Shown here: positions 29,301 to 44,000 of the stretch, in pieces
Numbering within the stretch: the stretch's first letter is position 1
Layout of the letters: the number at the start of each line of letters is the position of its first letter
NCBI GenBank assembly: GCA_977862235.1
Contig: OZ374562.1
Coordinates: forward strand, 2,418,001 to 2,482,000
Direction of reading: 5' to 3'
Source of the DNA: Dudresnaya verticillata
Lineage: Eukaryota
DNA length: 64,000 bases
The notes under the pieces: model-generated
What the model saw: only the letters and a program-made list of their open reading frames with translations
Database searches by the model: none
What the model was told of the DNA's origin: nothing
Made by a program: the position numbers and the translations under genes

Positions 29301-30710
29301 AGTCTTCACGTTTGCAGACAAACCTAATGTAACAGCTACAGACTTGATTTGTTTTTATGTAAGAGGCCGGCAATGTAACAGACAATGCACACTCCACTTT
29401 TCATGAAGTGCATACATCGAGTGAAACTGTTTACGACCATTACCACACATCCTGGACGTTAGCAATTTTGGCGCTCTGTACGGATTCCTGACCACAAGGC
29501 AGGAGCGCATCATAACTGCTCTAGCGTTCTAGTATGGATCTAGCCGTTCAGCAGATCTAGCGCTGTCTCCGATGGCGCGGAAGACATAAGAGATTTCTCC
29601 GAGACACTACTGTATATTGAGTTTCCGAAGCGCATTCGAGAAAGGCCTTGCTGGGAACGGCGGCCGCATCGCGATGGTGCTGTGCTACGTATTTCGTTCC
29701 ATGGCTATGCTTTTCTTCCGTCGTGGAGATAGCGTGGCTTACTTGTGACCTTGACTTTGAGTAGTTAACAGCTGGTGCATACAACACTTGAATGCAATGA
29801 GGGTATCGCCATGCAATGGTGCTAATTCAATTGCCAGTGTAGCAAACGGAAGCACACGCTTCACGGTCGCACTACACGAACGGCTGAGAACCGCGAACAA
29901 CAGAGGTAGTGTTCAGACACTCCAGACCCTCCATTCGCACTATGACGGCTGCTTCCATAACGGCATGTCACATTGTCTACATATTGAATGCGGTTGTGTG
30001 CCCTGTTGCGAAGATTCGAGTCCGCTTCCGCACTGCAGTTGTTCCATCCATCCAGAACCTATATTTTATGTTAGCTATCTGTTATCCACATACTCAGCCC
30101 CAGACCCCAAACAGTATACCTCTATGTTGACAATACCTAGAGTCTGTAGTATAGCTATGCTTCTAGCTCTATACATAGAGTGTGCATGCCACGGAACTCG
30201 AACCGCTTTGTTAAATATTCTACGCTACAGCAGTAGCACTGAAACGGTTTCCGACCTCTTATTCTGCCGAACAAGGTCGAGACTACTTTGCCCGCACACA
30301 TGCGCAGTTGCAACAGTTTCAACACCTATCTTTTAATGCAATGCCAACATGGTGTTAGACAAAGCGTTCTGCATCGAATGCGTCCTTCTGCATCTACAGG
30401 ATGCAATCCTGCAAGCCGACGCTGCGAACTTTACCATCTACACATCCTTCAACTTTATTTTTCCAGTCATGACCGGCCGCAGTTCTCTCACGCAGTTCTC
30501 TCACACCGAATTGGTAGAACAAAGTTCCTTCCGTTCCGTACTTAAAGCCCTTAACGTCTCAATCGCAGTCCAAAATATTCCCACCCACCACACCCCCATC
30601 GCATCACATCTACCTGTTATTACAGGTACAAACGTAGTCAAAAGAACTGCACAGGTAGGTACCCTGCCCCTTCATCAACTCTCCGTCGCCTACCAACTCA
30701 ACAGCTCAAT

Positions 30711-31238
30711 ATGTTTACTCGATTTGTCCTTTTTGTGGCACTCGTGCTCCCGTATTTATGCTCTGCTGTCAGGTGCCCTCTCCGTGGTGTCTGTGTGCCG
30801 GATTATATTTGCCGTATCCAAGGCCGTCGGCCCTTGCACGGGAATTATTGTGGGCATCAGAGAGGCGTTGAATGCTGCCCCTACTTCAGGTACCGGTTTT
30901 GCTCTGTCGATCGAGGGCGTTTTCTCGACCGTGCACAAGGGGTTTGCCAACCTAGCTCTACATGCCGCGGAAAAGGTGCATACTCCGTCGAGACGTCACA
31001 ATGCAGTTCTGGTCACTTTATTACATGCTGTGTTGGCTCCTCCATACTGCCATATCTACCTGGCCCTTCCAGTGATCCACGGTATCCATACAGAAAGGCT
31101 GTTTCTGCGACTCGTACAGGGACGTCCAAGGGGTCAGTGAGAGCACTTACTACGGCCGCCACGGAGACCACCACGAAGACTTTGGAAGACACCTCTGTGG
31201 GATTGGAAAGGCGTACCAAGGATACCATCCAGCACTAG
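30711..31238 (+). CDS. Secreted double 6-Cys module protein (copy 2)
   Basis: Translation identical to copy 1. Confidence 0.8.
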   Translation: MFTRFVLFVALVLPYLCSAVRCPLRGVCVPDYICRIQGRRPLHGNYCGHQRGVECCPYFRYRFCSVDRGRFLDRAQGVCQPSSTCRGKGAYSVETSQCSSGHFITCCVGSSILPYLPGPSSDPRYPYRKAVSATRTGTSKGSVRALTTAATETTTKTLEDTSVGLERRTKDTIQH

Positions 31239-34200
31239 AAGTGTACAGAGAGATCTCCTTTGCAGCCTACCAAAATGTCAAGGTTTCAGAAGGTACTGTT
31301 TGTGAGGCGGTTGAGAGTGAAGTCATAGAAGGTATGAATTTTGTATCGTCCATGTCTGTCAATGTTGGTAAGTATGTGGGCAGCATAGTGTGAAGATTTT
31401 TTGTTGTATCTTATCGCTTTTGGTCGTCGCTGTTATAGCTGTGGCTGCGAAGCAAGTGTGATTATGTTGTTATGTTATTGTGGGATCCCAGTTATTGTTG
31501 GAGCCATCGAAAGTAGTTTAGCAGCACGAGAGGTTGAAGTAAATGTCGCCATGTAGATGCTTCTGTCAATACCCAATTCCATCGGTGTTCATAACAATCG
31601 GGCCTGAGAGCGCACAAATCGGTGCCTTTTTTTCGACGACCAAGTCTAAGGCAGGGAATGGGTGACATTAAACAATTATCTGCAAAAGTAGTTCGTGTCT
31701 CTCTAACAATGAGTTGGCTTGACTGAACAAAAGGGAACCCCGAAAGCATCTACTCCGTGTCTCCATACTTTGAAGACAACAGAAAGATCTATCCAGGCTT
31801 CAGGCTCCGGGCTGCCCCTCCGGGCTGTAGGAAGAGCCTGGTCATCAGGGAGAATTCAGTAATGTTCTCTATATTTTTCCTCATAGTTCGTTAGTGTTAC
31901 AGTGCGTCGCCGTCTCAGTTAACAGGCGTAAGCTTGTTGACCGCCGTGTTAGAAACAGTGCATATTAAGTCCCCTTAAGGGGCTTACTCTCCAATTTGAG
32001 AATAAAGGGATGCTTGCTCATAGCGATGCTGCGGTATAGCAAGGCGTAAAGGAGATTGGCAACATAATTATACTTATTCAACAAATGCATTCATGATCAT
32101 CACAACTTTATTGAAGCAAGACGAAGCTGCTTTGAACACTGAAATCCAGTGCTATCCCTTGCAGGAAATATTTCATATGAAAGAAGAGCAGCAGAAGTCC
32201 TGCCGCATAGCCACATGCATAATAAAACACTCCTAACCCTGCGGCCAACACGCTTACGCCTGCTATTTGTGTTGAATACTGTCTTACTACATCACTCGTG
32301 GACGACATCACTTGGTGTAATCGCACTAACCTCAGCAAGTGTTTATCCGCCAAGTTGCATAAGTGGACGTGTTGAGAAAGAAAGTGAGCTGTGTAGCGTC
32401 AACCAATTTTGCGGATGAGGTAAGCAAACATTGAGGTGGATGCTGAATTCATCTTGTGTGATTGTTAATCGTTTTGTTTAGATGTATTACTTGAGGTCTA
32501 TGGTCTCCACACTCTATTAGGAACAGACCTGCCTTTAGCATGTCGTGGTTTAGCAATGACTACGAAGCAGTACAAGTACTCTACCGGATCTCGGGTTTGA
32601 TACCAGGACACTACGCTTTGAGAACAACTATCACCATATCCAACACCCACGAAGAAGAAAAAAGAACTGTTCTCAGCCTACATATACGTGTGACCTGCAG
32701 CTTTTGAACAGAACTGTAACAGCGGGCCTCTACATATAGCAATACAAAGTAAAGGATGGGTCTTAAACGAGAAACTAATATTGCTCTCCAGCTGCCTTAA
32801 CGCAGTACGAAGCATTCTGTCCCCGCGCTGCAATAATCACTTCGATGACATTAATACCACATAAAGCATTGTCGGGGGATGGATTACATCCCTTAAGAGT
32901 AGGAAAACAACTTATTGAATCCGGAAAGGATAGGGTATCGTCTACAGTCGCAACACTCGTACCTTTACAACCTTTTCTTCCGAGAGTTGAACGTATCGTT
33001 ACATCAGGCTAATTCTGTTATTGTGAAATAGAACCAACCCCTTATGAATATGGGCATGTAGCAGACCGGGATAAAGATCTCGCGATATTTGCACCTTCGC
33101 GGATTCGGTCCAAAATGATTTGAAGGCACAGCAATCATAGCAATACTGTATGGACGTTTTCGTTGATGTCCTTCGCAGCGTGGCTTCGCACCAACTGCTC
33201 AAGCGTTTGATGTCTCGGTTGTAACTCCGCACTCTTCCTCTTCTCGTGCTCTGCCTCGAGCCCATCTTGCGATTCAATCTCGTGAAAAGGAAAAAGTCCG
33301 CCACTATCGTAGGCTCTGCGAAAACAACCATTTCCAGTCGATTTCGAACTACATCCCATGGCTATGGACATCTATGGCTCCATCGGCCATGGCTTTGATC
33401 GCGGTGCGCAACTGTACACAATCTGCTCTCAACACAATCTTGCGAGTATCGCAAGTGATGCTTGCGGGTGTAATGTGTAAGCCCCTCCCTTTTGTGTCAT
33501 TATGGTCATCTTAAAGGGAGAAGCGTTTTATCCGGGTCCGAGTTGCTCACCGCAACAATCACAGCCCGTTTCCCTTTCGTCCGGGCGTCTTCCTGAAGTA
33601 TGAGAACATGAAACCATGCTGCATACGGACAAATTCTGTGGGTTACAACAGGGTCCGATCCATATAATTGTCGCCTGTGGAGAAAGAAAAAGGGCAAGCA
33701 ATAAGGAATCCTAAAAGCAAAGGTAACACCCCGTGTGCAATAGAATGTATCTAGTAATAGAATACAATTCGACAATCTTGTCCGGTAAGCCCATTGCACT
33801 CTAAAGCAGTTGTGCAGTAGCTAGTGATACTTAACAAAACTTGCTTGGCTGCTATGGACCGAGTATAACTTCACTATAGGTTTTGTGAGGCAATAAGGGT
33901 AGCCCCGTTTTCATCCGTGGAAACGTTTGTCGAGCCCTGACGAGAAGTGCCATCGAATACCTTAATATTTGTCGCTATGCTGCTGTTGTGCTATGCCTTC
34001 TCTTTCCACAGTACTGCAGTTCACAGTACAGTACCCAAATTCCCAATCCCGACTTTATAGTGCGCTTCATCGGCTCATCGTAGTCGAAGGTTCAAAGCTC
34101 CCTCAACCACACACGCCGAGTCGGGTTTCTAATCCACACAACAAGAACACATGGTGAATATTCCGCTCCCAACACATTGCCTTGTTGTTCAGTCTTCACG

Positions 34201-35600
34201 TTTGCAGACAAACCTAATGTAACAGCTACAGACTTGATTTGTTTTTATGTAAGAGGCCGGCAATGTAACAGACAATGCACACTCCACTTTTCATGAAGTG
34301 CATACATCGAGTGAAACTGTTTACGACCATTACCACACATCCTGGACGTTAGCAATTTTGGCGCTCTGTACGGATTCCTGACCACAAGGCAGGAGCGCAT
34401 CATAACTGCTCTAGCGTTCTAGTATGGATCTAGCCGTTCAGCAGATCTAGCGCTGTCTCCGATGGCGCGGAAGACATAAGAGATTTCTCCGAGACACTAC
34501 TGTATATTGAGTTTCCGAAGCGCATTCGAGAAAGGCCTTGCTGGGAACGGCGGCCGCATCGCGATGGTGCTGTGCTACGTATTTCGTTCCATGGCTATGC
34601 TTTTCTTCCGTCGTGGAGATAGCGTGGCTTACTTGTGACCTTGACTTTGAGTAGTTAACAGCTGGTGCATACAACACTTGAATGCAATGAGGGTATCGCC
34701 ATGCAATGGTGCTAATTCAATTGCCAGTGTAGCAAACGGAAGCACACGCTTCACGGTCGCACTACACGAACGGCTGAGAACCGCGAACAACAGAGGTAGT
34801 GTTCAGACACTCCAGACCCTCCATTCGCACTATGACGGCTGCTTCCATAACGGCATGTCACATTGTCTACATATTGAATGCGGTTGTGTGCCCTGTTGCG
34901 AAGATTCGAGTCCGCTTCCGCACTGCAGTTGTTCCATCCATCCAGAACCTATATTTTATGTTAGCTATCTGTTATCCACATACTCAGCCCCAGACCCCAA
35001 ACAGTATACCTCTATGTTGACAATACCTAGAGTCTGTAGTATAGCTATGCTTCTAGCTCTATACATAGAGTGTGCATGCCACGGAACTCGAACCGCTTTG
35101 TTAAATATTCTACGCTACAGCAGTAGCACTGAAACGGTTTCCGACCTCTTATTCTGCCGAACAAGGTCGAGACTACTTTGCCCGCACACATGCGCAGTTG
35201 CAACAGTTTCAACACCTATCTTTTAATGCAATGCCAACATGGTGTTAGACAAAGCGTTCTGCATCGAATGCGTCCTTCTGCATCTACAGGATGCAATCCT
35301 GCAAGCCGACGCTGCGAACTTTACCATCTACACATCCTTCAACTTTATTTTTCCAGTCATGACCGGCCGCAGTTCTCTCACGCAGTTCTCTCACACCGAA
35401 TTGGTAGAACAAAGTTCCTTCCGTTCCGTACTTAAAGCCCTTAACGTCTCAATCGCAGTCCAAAATATTCCCACCCACCACACCCCCATCGCATCACATC
35501 TACCTGTTATTACAGGTACAAACGTAGTCAAAAGAACTGCACAGGTAGGTACCCTGCCCCTTCATCAACTCTCCGTCGCCTACCAACTCAACAGCTCAAT

Positions 35601-36128
35601 ATGTTTACTCGATTTGTCCTTTTTGTGGCACTCGTGCTCCCGTATTTATGCTCTGCTGTCAGGTGCCCTCTCCGTGGTGTCTGTGTGCCGGATTATATTT
35701 GCCGTATCCAAGGCCGTCGGCCCTTGCACGGGAATTATTGTGGGCATCAGAGAGGCGTTGAATGCTGCCCCTACTTCAGGTACCGGTTTTGCTCTGTCGA
35801 TCGAGGGCGTTTTCTCGACCGTGCACAAGGGGTTTGCCAACCTAGCTCTACATGCCGCGGAAAAGGTGCATACTCCGTCGAGACGTCACAATGCAGTTCT
35901 GGTCACTTTATTACATGCTGTGTTGGCTCCTCCATACTGCCATATCTACCTGGCCCTTCCAGTGATCCACGGTATCCATACAGAAAGGCTGTTTCTGCGA
36001 CTCGTACAGGGACGTCCAAGGGGTCAGTGAGAGCACTTACTACGGCCGCCACGGAGACCACCACGAAGACTTTGGAAGACACCTCTGTGGGATTGGAAAG
36101 GCGTACCAAGGATACCATCCAGCACTAG
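35601..36128 (+). CDS. Secreted double 6-Cys module protein (copy 3)
   Basis: Translation identical to copy 1. Confidence 0.8.
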   Translation: MFTRFVLFVALVLPYLCSAVRCPLRGVCVPDYICRIQGRRPLHGNYCGHQRGVECCPYFRYRFCSVDRGRFLDRAQGVCQPSSTCRGKGAYSVETSQCSSGHFITCCVGSSILPYLPGPSSDPRYPYRKAVSATRTGTSKGSVRALTTAATETTTKTLEDTSVGLERRTKDTIQH

Positions 36129-39100
36129 AAGTGTACAGAGAGATCTCCTTTGCAGCCTACCAAAATGTCAAGGTTTCAGAAGGTACTGTTTGTGAGGCGG
36201 TTGAGAGTGAAGTCATAGAAGGTATGAATTTTGTATCGTCCATGTCTGTCAATGTTGGTAAGTATGTGGGCAGCATAGTGTGAAGATTTTTTGTTGTATC
36301 TTATCGCTTTTGGTCGTCGCTGTTATAGCTGTGGCTGCGAAGCAAGTGTGATTATGTTGTTATGTTATTGTGGGATCCCAGTTATTGTTGGAGCCATCGA
36401 AAGTAGTTTAGCAGCACGAGAGGTTGAAGTAAATGTCGCCATGTAGATGCTTCTGTCAATACCCAATTCCATCGGTGTTCATAACAATCGGGCCTGAGAG
36501 CGCACAAATCGGTGCCTTTTTTTCGACGACCAAGTCTAAGGCAGGGAATGGGTGACATTAAACAATTATCTGCAAAAGTAGTTCGTGTCTCTCTAACAAT
36601 GAGTTGGCTTGACTGAACAAAAGGGAACCCCGAAAGCATCTACTCCGTGTCTCCATACTTTGAAGACAACAGAAAGATCTATCCAGGCTTCAGGCTCCGG
36701 GCTGCCCCTCCGGGCTGTAGGAAGAGCCTGGTCATCAGGGAGAATTCAGTAATGTTCTCTATATTTTTCCTCATAGTTCGTTAGTGTTACAGTGCGTCGC
36801 CGTCTCAGTTAACAGGCGTAAGCTTGTTGACCGCCGTGTTAGAAACAGTGCATATTAAGTCCCCTTAAGGGGCTTACTCTCCAATTTGAGAATAAAGGGA
36901 TGCTTGCTCATAGCGATGCTGCGGTATAGCAAGGCGTAAAGGAGATTGGCAACATAATTATACTTATTCAACAAATGCATTCATGATCATCACAACTTTA
37001 TTGAAGCAAGACGAAGCTGCTTTGAACACTGAAATCCAGTGCTATCCCTTGCAGGAAATATTTCATATGAAAGAAGAGCAGCAGAAGTCCTGCCGCATAG
37101 CCACATGCATAATAAAACACTCCTAACCCTGCGGCCAACACGCTTACGCCTGCTATTTGTGTTGAATACTGTCTTACTACATCACTCGTGGACGACATCA
37201 CTTGGTGTAATCGCACTAACCTCAGCAAGTGTTTATCCGCCAAGTTGCATAAGTGGACGTGTTGAGAAAGAAAGTGAGCTGTGTAGCGTCAACCAATTTT
37301 GCGGATGAGGTAAGCAAACATTGAGGTGGATGCTGAATTCATCTTGTGTGATTGTTAATCGTTTTGTTTAGATGTATTACTTGAGGTCTATGGTCTCCAC
37401 ACTCTATTAGGAACAGACCTGCCTTTAGCATGTCGTGGTTTAGCAATGACTACGAAGCAGTACAAGTACTCTACCGGATCTCGGGTTTGATACCAGGACA
37501 CTACGCTTTGAGAACAACTATCACCATATCCAACACCCACGAAGAAGAAAAAAGAACTGTTCTCAGCCTACATATACGTGTGACCTGCAGCTTTTGAACA
37601 GAACTGTAACAGCGGGCCTCTACATATAGCAATACAAAGTAAAGGATGGGTCTTAAACGAGAAACTAATATTGCTCTCCAGCTGCCTTAACGCAGTACGA
37701 AGCATTCTGTCCCCGCGCTGCAATAATCACTTCGATGACATTAATACCACATAAAGCATTGTCGGGGGATGGATTACATCCCTTAAGAGTAGGAAAACAA
37801 CTTATTGAATCCGGAAAGGATAGGGTATCGTCTACAGTCGCAACACTCGTACCTTTACAACCTTTTCTTCCGAGAGTTGAACGTATCGTTACATCAGGCT
37901 AATTCTGTTATTGTGAAATAGAACCAACCCCTTATGAATATGGGCATGTAGCAGACCGGGATAAAGATCTCGCGATATTTGCACCTTCGCGGATTCGGTC
38001 CAAAATGATTTGAAGGCACAGCAATCATAGCAATACTGTATGGACGTTTTCGTTGATGTCCTTCGCAGCGTGGCTTCGCACCAACTGCTCAAGCGTTTGA
38101 TGTCTCGGTTGTAACTCCGCACTCTTCCTCTTCTCGTGCTCTGCCTCGAGCCCATCTTGCGATTCAATCTCGTGAAAAGGAAAAAGTCCGCCACTATCGT
38201 AGGCTCTGCGAAAACAACCATTTCCAGTCGATTTCGAACTACATCCCATGGCTATGGACATCTATGGCTCCATCGGCCATGGCTTTGATCGCGGTGCGCA
38301 ACTGTACACAATCTGCTCTCAACACAATCTTGCGAGTATCGCAAGTGATGCTTGCGGGTGTAATGTGTAAGCCCCTCCCTTTTGTGTCATTATGGTCATC
38401 TTAAAGGGAGAAGCGTTTTATCCGGGTCCGAGTTGCTCACCGCAACAATCACAGCCCGTTTCCCTTTCGTCCGGGCGTCTTCCTGAAGTATGAGAACATG
38501 AAACCATGCTGCATACGGACAAATTCTGTGGGTTACAACAGGGTCCGATCCATATAATTGTCGCCTGTGGAGAAAGAAAAAGGGCAAGCAATAAGGAATC
38601 CTAAAAGCAAAGGTAACACCCCGTGTGCAATAGAATGTATCTAGTAATAGAATACAATTCGACTATCTTGTCCGGTAAGCCCATTGCACTCTAAAGCAGT
38701 TGTGCAGTAGCTAGTGATACTTAACAAAACTTGCTTGGCTGCTATGGACCGAGTATAACTTCACTATAGGTTTTGTGAGGCAATAAGGGTAGCCCCGTTT
38801 TCATCCGTGGAAACGTTTGTCGAGCCCTGACGAGAAGTGCCATCGAATACCTTAATATTTGTCGCTATGCTGCTGTTGTGCTATGCCTTCTCTTTCCACA
38901 GTACTGCAGTTCACAGTACAGTACCCAAATTCCCAATCCCGACTTTATAGTGCGCTTCATCGGCTCATCGTAGTCGAAGGTTCAAAGCTCCCTCAACCAC
39001 ACACGCCGAGTCGGGTTTCTAATCCACACAACAAGAACACATGGTGAATATTCCGCTCCCAACACATTGCCTTGTTGTTCAGTCTTCACGTTTGCAGACA

Positions 39101-40490
39101 AACCTAATGTAACAGCTACAGACTTGATTTGTTTTTATGTAAGAGGCCGGCAATGTAACAGACAATGCACACTCCACTTTTCATGAAGTGCATACATCGA
39201 GTGAAACTGTTTACGACCATTACCACACATCCTGGACGTTAGCAATTTTGGCGCTCTGTACGGATTCCTGACCACAAGGCAGGAGCGCATCATAACTGCT
39301 CTAGCGTTCTAGTATGGATCTAGCCGTTCAGCAGATCTAGCGCTGTCTCCGATGGCGCGGAAGACATAAGAGATTTCTCCGAGACACTACTGTATATTGA
39401 GTTTCCGAAGCGCATTCGAGAAAGGCCTTGCTGGGAACGGCGGCCGCATCGCGATGGTGCTGTGCTACGTATTTCGTTCCATGGCTATGCTTTTCTTCCG
39501 TCGTGGAGATAGCGTGGCTTACTTGTGACCTTGACTTTGAGTAGTTAACAGCTGGTGCATACAACACTTGAATGCAATGAGGGTATCGCCATGCAATGGT
39601 GCTAATTCAATTGCCAGTGTAGCAAACGGAAGCACACGCTTCACGGTCGCACTACACGAACGGCTGAGAACCGCGAACAACAGAGGTAGTGTTCAGACAC
39701 TCCAGACCCTCCATTCGCACTATGACGGCTGCTTCCATAACGGCATGTCACATTGTCTACATATTGAATGCGGTTGTGTGCCCTGTTGCGAAGATTCGAG
39801 TCCGCTTCCGCACTGCAGTTGTTCCATCCATCCAGAACCTATATTTTATGTTAGCTATCTGTTATCCACATACTCAGCCCCAGACCCCAAACAGTATACC
39901 TCTATGTTGACAATACCTAGAGTCTGTAGTATAGCTATGCTTCTAGCTCTATACATAGAGTGTGCATGCCACGGAACTCGAACCGCTTTGTTAAATATTC
40001 TACGCTACAGCAGTAGCACTGAAACGGTTTCCGACCTCTTATTCTGCCGAACAAGGTCGAGACTACTTTGCCCGCACACATGCGCAGTTGCAACAGTTTC
40101 AACACCTATCTTTTAATGCAATGCCAACATGGTGTTAGACAAAGCGTTCTGCATCGAATGCGTCCTTCTGCATCTACAGGATGCAATCCTGCAAGCCGAC
40201 GCTGCGAACTTTACCATCTACACATCCTTCAACTTTATTTTTCCAGTCATGACCGGCCGCAGTTCTCTCACGCAGTTCTCTCACACCGAATTGGTAGAAC
40301 AAAGTTCCTTCCGTTCCGTACTTAAAGCCCTTAACGTCTCAATCGCAGTCCAAAATATTCCCACCCACCACACCCCCATCGCATCACATCTACCTGTTAT
40401 TACAGGTACAAACGTAGTCAAAAGAACTGCACAGGTAGGTACCCTGCCCCTTCATCAACTCTCCGTCGCCTACCAACTCAACAGCTCAAT

Positions 40491-41018
40491 ATGTTTACTC
40501 GATTTGTCCTTTTTGTGGCACTCGTGCTCCCGTATTTATGCTCTGCTGTCAGGTGCCCTCTCCGTGGTGTCTGTGTGCCGGATTATATTTGCCGTATCCA
40601 AGGCCGTCGGCCCTTGCACGGGAATTATTGTGGGCATCAGAGAGGCGTTGAATGCTGCCCCTACTTCAGGTACCGGTTTTGCTCTGTCGATCGAGGGCGT
40701 TTTCTCGACCGTGCACAAGGGGTTTGCCAACCTAGCTCTACATGCCGCGGAAAAGGTGCATACTCCGTCGAGACGTCACAATGCAGTTCTGGTCACTTTA
40801 TTACATGCTGTGTTGGCTCCTCCATACTGCCATATCTACCTGGCCCTTCCAGTGATCCACGGTATCCATACAGAAAGGCTGTTTCTGCGACTCGTACAGG
40901 GACGTCCAAGGGGTCAGTGAGAGCACTTACTACGGCCGCCACGGAGACCACCACGAAGACTTTGGAAGACACCTCTGTGGGATTGGAAAGGCGTACCAAG
41001 GATACCATCCAGCACTAG
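40491..41018 (+). CDS. Secreted double 6-Cys module protein (copy 4)
   Basis: Translation identical to copy 1. Confidence 0.8.
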   Translation: MFTRFVLFVALVLPYLCSAVRCPLRGVCVPDYICRIQGRRPLHGNYCGHQRGVECCPYFRYRFCSVDRGRFLDRAQGVCQPSSTCRGKGAYSVETSQCSSGHFITCCVGSSILPYLPGPSSDPRYPYRKAVSATRTGTSKGSVRALTTAATETTTKTLEDTSVGLERRTKDTIQH

Positions 41019-44000
41019 AAGTGTACAGAGAGATCTCCTTTGCAGCCTACCAAAATGTCAAGGTTTCAGAAGGTACTGTTTGTGAGGCGGTTGAGAGTGA
41101 AGTCATAGAAGGTATGAATTTTGTATCGTCCATGTCTGTCAATGTTGGTAAGTATGTGGGCAGCATAGTGTGAAGATTTTTTGTTGTATCTTATCGCTTT
41201 TGGTCGTCGCTGTTATAGCTGTGGCTGCGAAGCAAGTGTGATTATGTTGTTATGTTATTGTGGGATCCCAGTTATTGTTGGAGCCATCGAAAGTAGTTTA
41301 GCAGCACGAGAGGTTGAAGTAAATGTCGCCATGTAGATGCTTCTGTCAATACCCAATTCCATCGGTGTTCATAACAATCGGGCCTGAGAGCGCACAAATC
41401 GGTGCCTTTTTTTCGACGACCAAGTCTAAGGCAGGGAATGGGTGACATTAAACAATTATCTGCAAAAGTAGTTCGTGTCTCTCTAACAATGAGTTGGCTT
41501 GACTGAACAAAAGGGAACCCCGAAAGCATCTACTCCGTGTCTCCATACTTTGAAGACAACAGAAAGATCTATCCAGGCTTCAGGCTCCGGGCTGCCCCTC
41601 CGGGCTGTAGGAAGAGCCTGGTCATCAGGGAGAATTCAGTAATGTTCTCTATATTTTTCCTCATAGTTCGTTAGTGTTACAGTGCGTCGCCGTCTCAGTT
41701 AACAGGCGTAAGCTTGTTGACCGCCGTGTTAGAAACAGTGCATATTAAGTCCCCTTAAGGGGCTTACTCTCCAATTTGAGAATAAAGGGATGCTTGCTCA
41801 TAGCGATGCTGCGGTATAGCAAGGCGTAAAGGAGATTGGCAACATAATTATACTTATTCAACAAATGCATTCATGATCATCACAACTTTATTGAAGCAAG
41901 ACGAAGCTGCTTTGAACACTGAAATCCAGTGCTATCCCTTGCAGGAAATATTTCATATGAAAGAAGAGCAGCAGAAGTCCTGCCGCATAGCCACATGCAT
42001 AATAAAACACTCCTAACCCTGCGGCCAACACGCTTACGCCTGCTATTTGTGTTGAATACTGTCTTACTACATCACTCGTGGACGACATCACTTGGTGTAA
42101 TCGCACTAACCTCAGCAAGTGTTTATCCGCCAAGTTGCATAAGTGGACGTGTTGAGAAAGAAAGTGAGCTGTGTAGCGTCAACCAATTTTGCGGATGAGG
42201 TAAGCAAACATTGAGGTGGATGCTGAATTCATCTTGTGTGATTGTTAATCGTTTTGTTTAGATGTATTACTTGAGGTCTATGGTCTCCACACTCTATTAG
42301 GAACAGACCTGCCTTTAGCATGTCGTGGTTTAGCAATGACTACGAAGCAGTACAAGTACTCTACCGGATCTCGGGTTTGATACCAGGACACTACGCTTTG
42401 AGAACAACTATCACCATATCCAACACCCACGAAGAAGAAAAAAGAACTGTTCTCAGCCTACATATACGTGTGACCTGCAGCTTTTGAACAGAACTGTAAC
42501 AGCGGGCCTCTACATATAGCAATACAAAGTAAAGGATGGGTCTTAAACGAGAAACTAATATTGCTCTCCAGCTGCCTTAACGCAGTACGAAGCATTCTGT
42601 CCCCGCGCTGCAATAATCACTTCGATGACATTAATACCACATAAAGCATTGTCGGGGGATGGATTACATCCCTTAAGAGTAGGAAAACAACTTATTGAAT
42701 CCGGAAAGGATAGGGTATCGTCTACAGTCGCAACACTCGTACCTTTACAACCTTTTCTTCCGAGAGTTGAACGTATCGTTACATCAGGCTAATTCTGTTA
42801 TTGTGAAATAGAACCAACCCCTTATGAATATGGGCATGTAGCAGACCGGGATAAAGATCTCGCGATATTTGCACCTTCGCGGATTCGGTCCAAAATGATT
42901 TGAAGGCACAGCAATCATAGCAATACTGTATGGACGTTTTCGTTGATGTCCTTCGCAGCGTGGCTTCGCACCAACTGCTCAAGCGTTTGATGTCTCGGTT
43001 GTAACTCCGCACTCTTCCTCTTCTCGTGCTCTGCCTCGAGCCCATCTTGCGATTCAATCTCGTGAAAAGGAAAAAGTCCGCCACTATCGTAGGCTCTGCG
43101 AAAACAACCATTTCCAGTCGATTTCGAACTACATCCCATGGCTATGGACATCTATGGCTCCATCGGCCATGGCTTTGATCGCGGTGCGCAACTGTACACA
43201 ATCTGCTCTCAACACAATCTTGCGAGTATCGCAAGTGATGCTTGCGGGTGTAATGTGTAAGCCCCTCCCTTTTGTGTCATTATGGTCATCTTAAAGGGAG
43301 AAGCGTTTTATCCGGGTCCGAGTTGCTCACCGCAACAATCACAGCCCGTTTCCCTTTCGTCCGGGCGTCTTCCTGAAGTATGAGAACATGAAACCATGCT
43401 GCATACGGACAAATTCTGTGGGTTACAACAGGGTCCGATCCATATAATTGTCGCCTGTGGAGAAAGAAAAAGGGCAAGCAATAAGGAATCCTAAAAGCAA
43501 AGGTAACACCCCGTGTGCAATAGAATGTATCTAGTAATAGAATACAATTCGACTATCTTGTCCGGTAAGCCCATTGCACTCTAAAGCAGTTGTGCAGTAG
43601 CTAGTGATACTTAACAAAACTTGCTTGGCTGCTATGGACCGAGTATAACTTCACTATAGGTTTTGTGAGGCAATAAGGGTAGCCCCGTTTTCATCCGTGG
43701 AAACGTTTGTCGAGCCCTGACGAGAAGTGCCATCGAATACCTTAATATTTGTCGCTATGCTGCTGTTGTGCTATGCCTTCTCTTTCCACAGTACTGCAGT
43801 TCACAGTACAGTACCCAAATTCCCAATCCCGACTTTATAGTGCGCTTCATCGGCTCATCGTAGTCGAAGGTTCAAAGCTCCCTCAACCACACACGCCGAG
43901 TCGGGTTTCTAATCCACACAACAAGAACACATGGTGAATATTCCGCTCCCAACACATTGCCTTGTTGTTCAGTCTTCACGTTTGCAGACAAACCTAATGT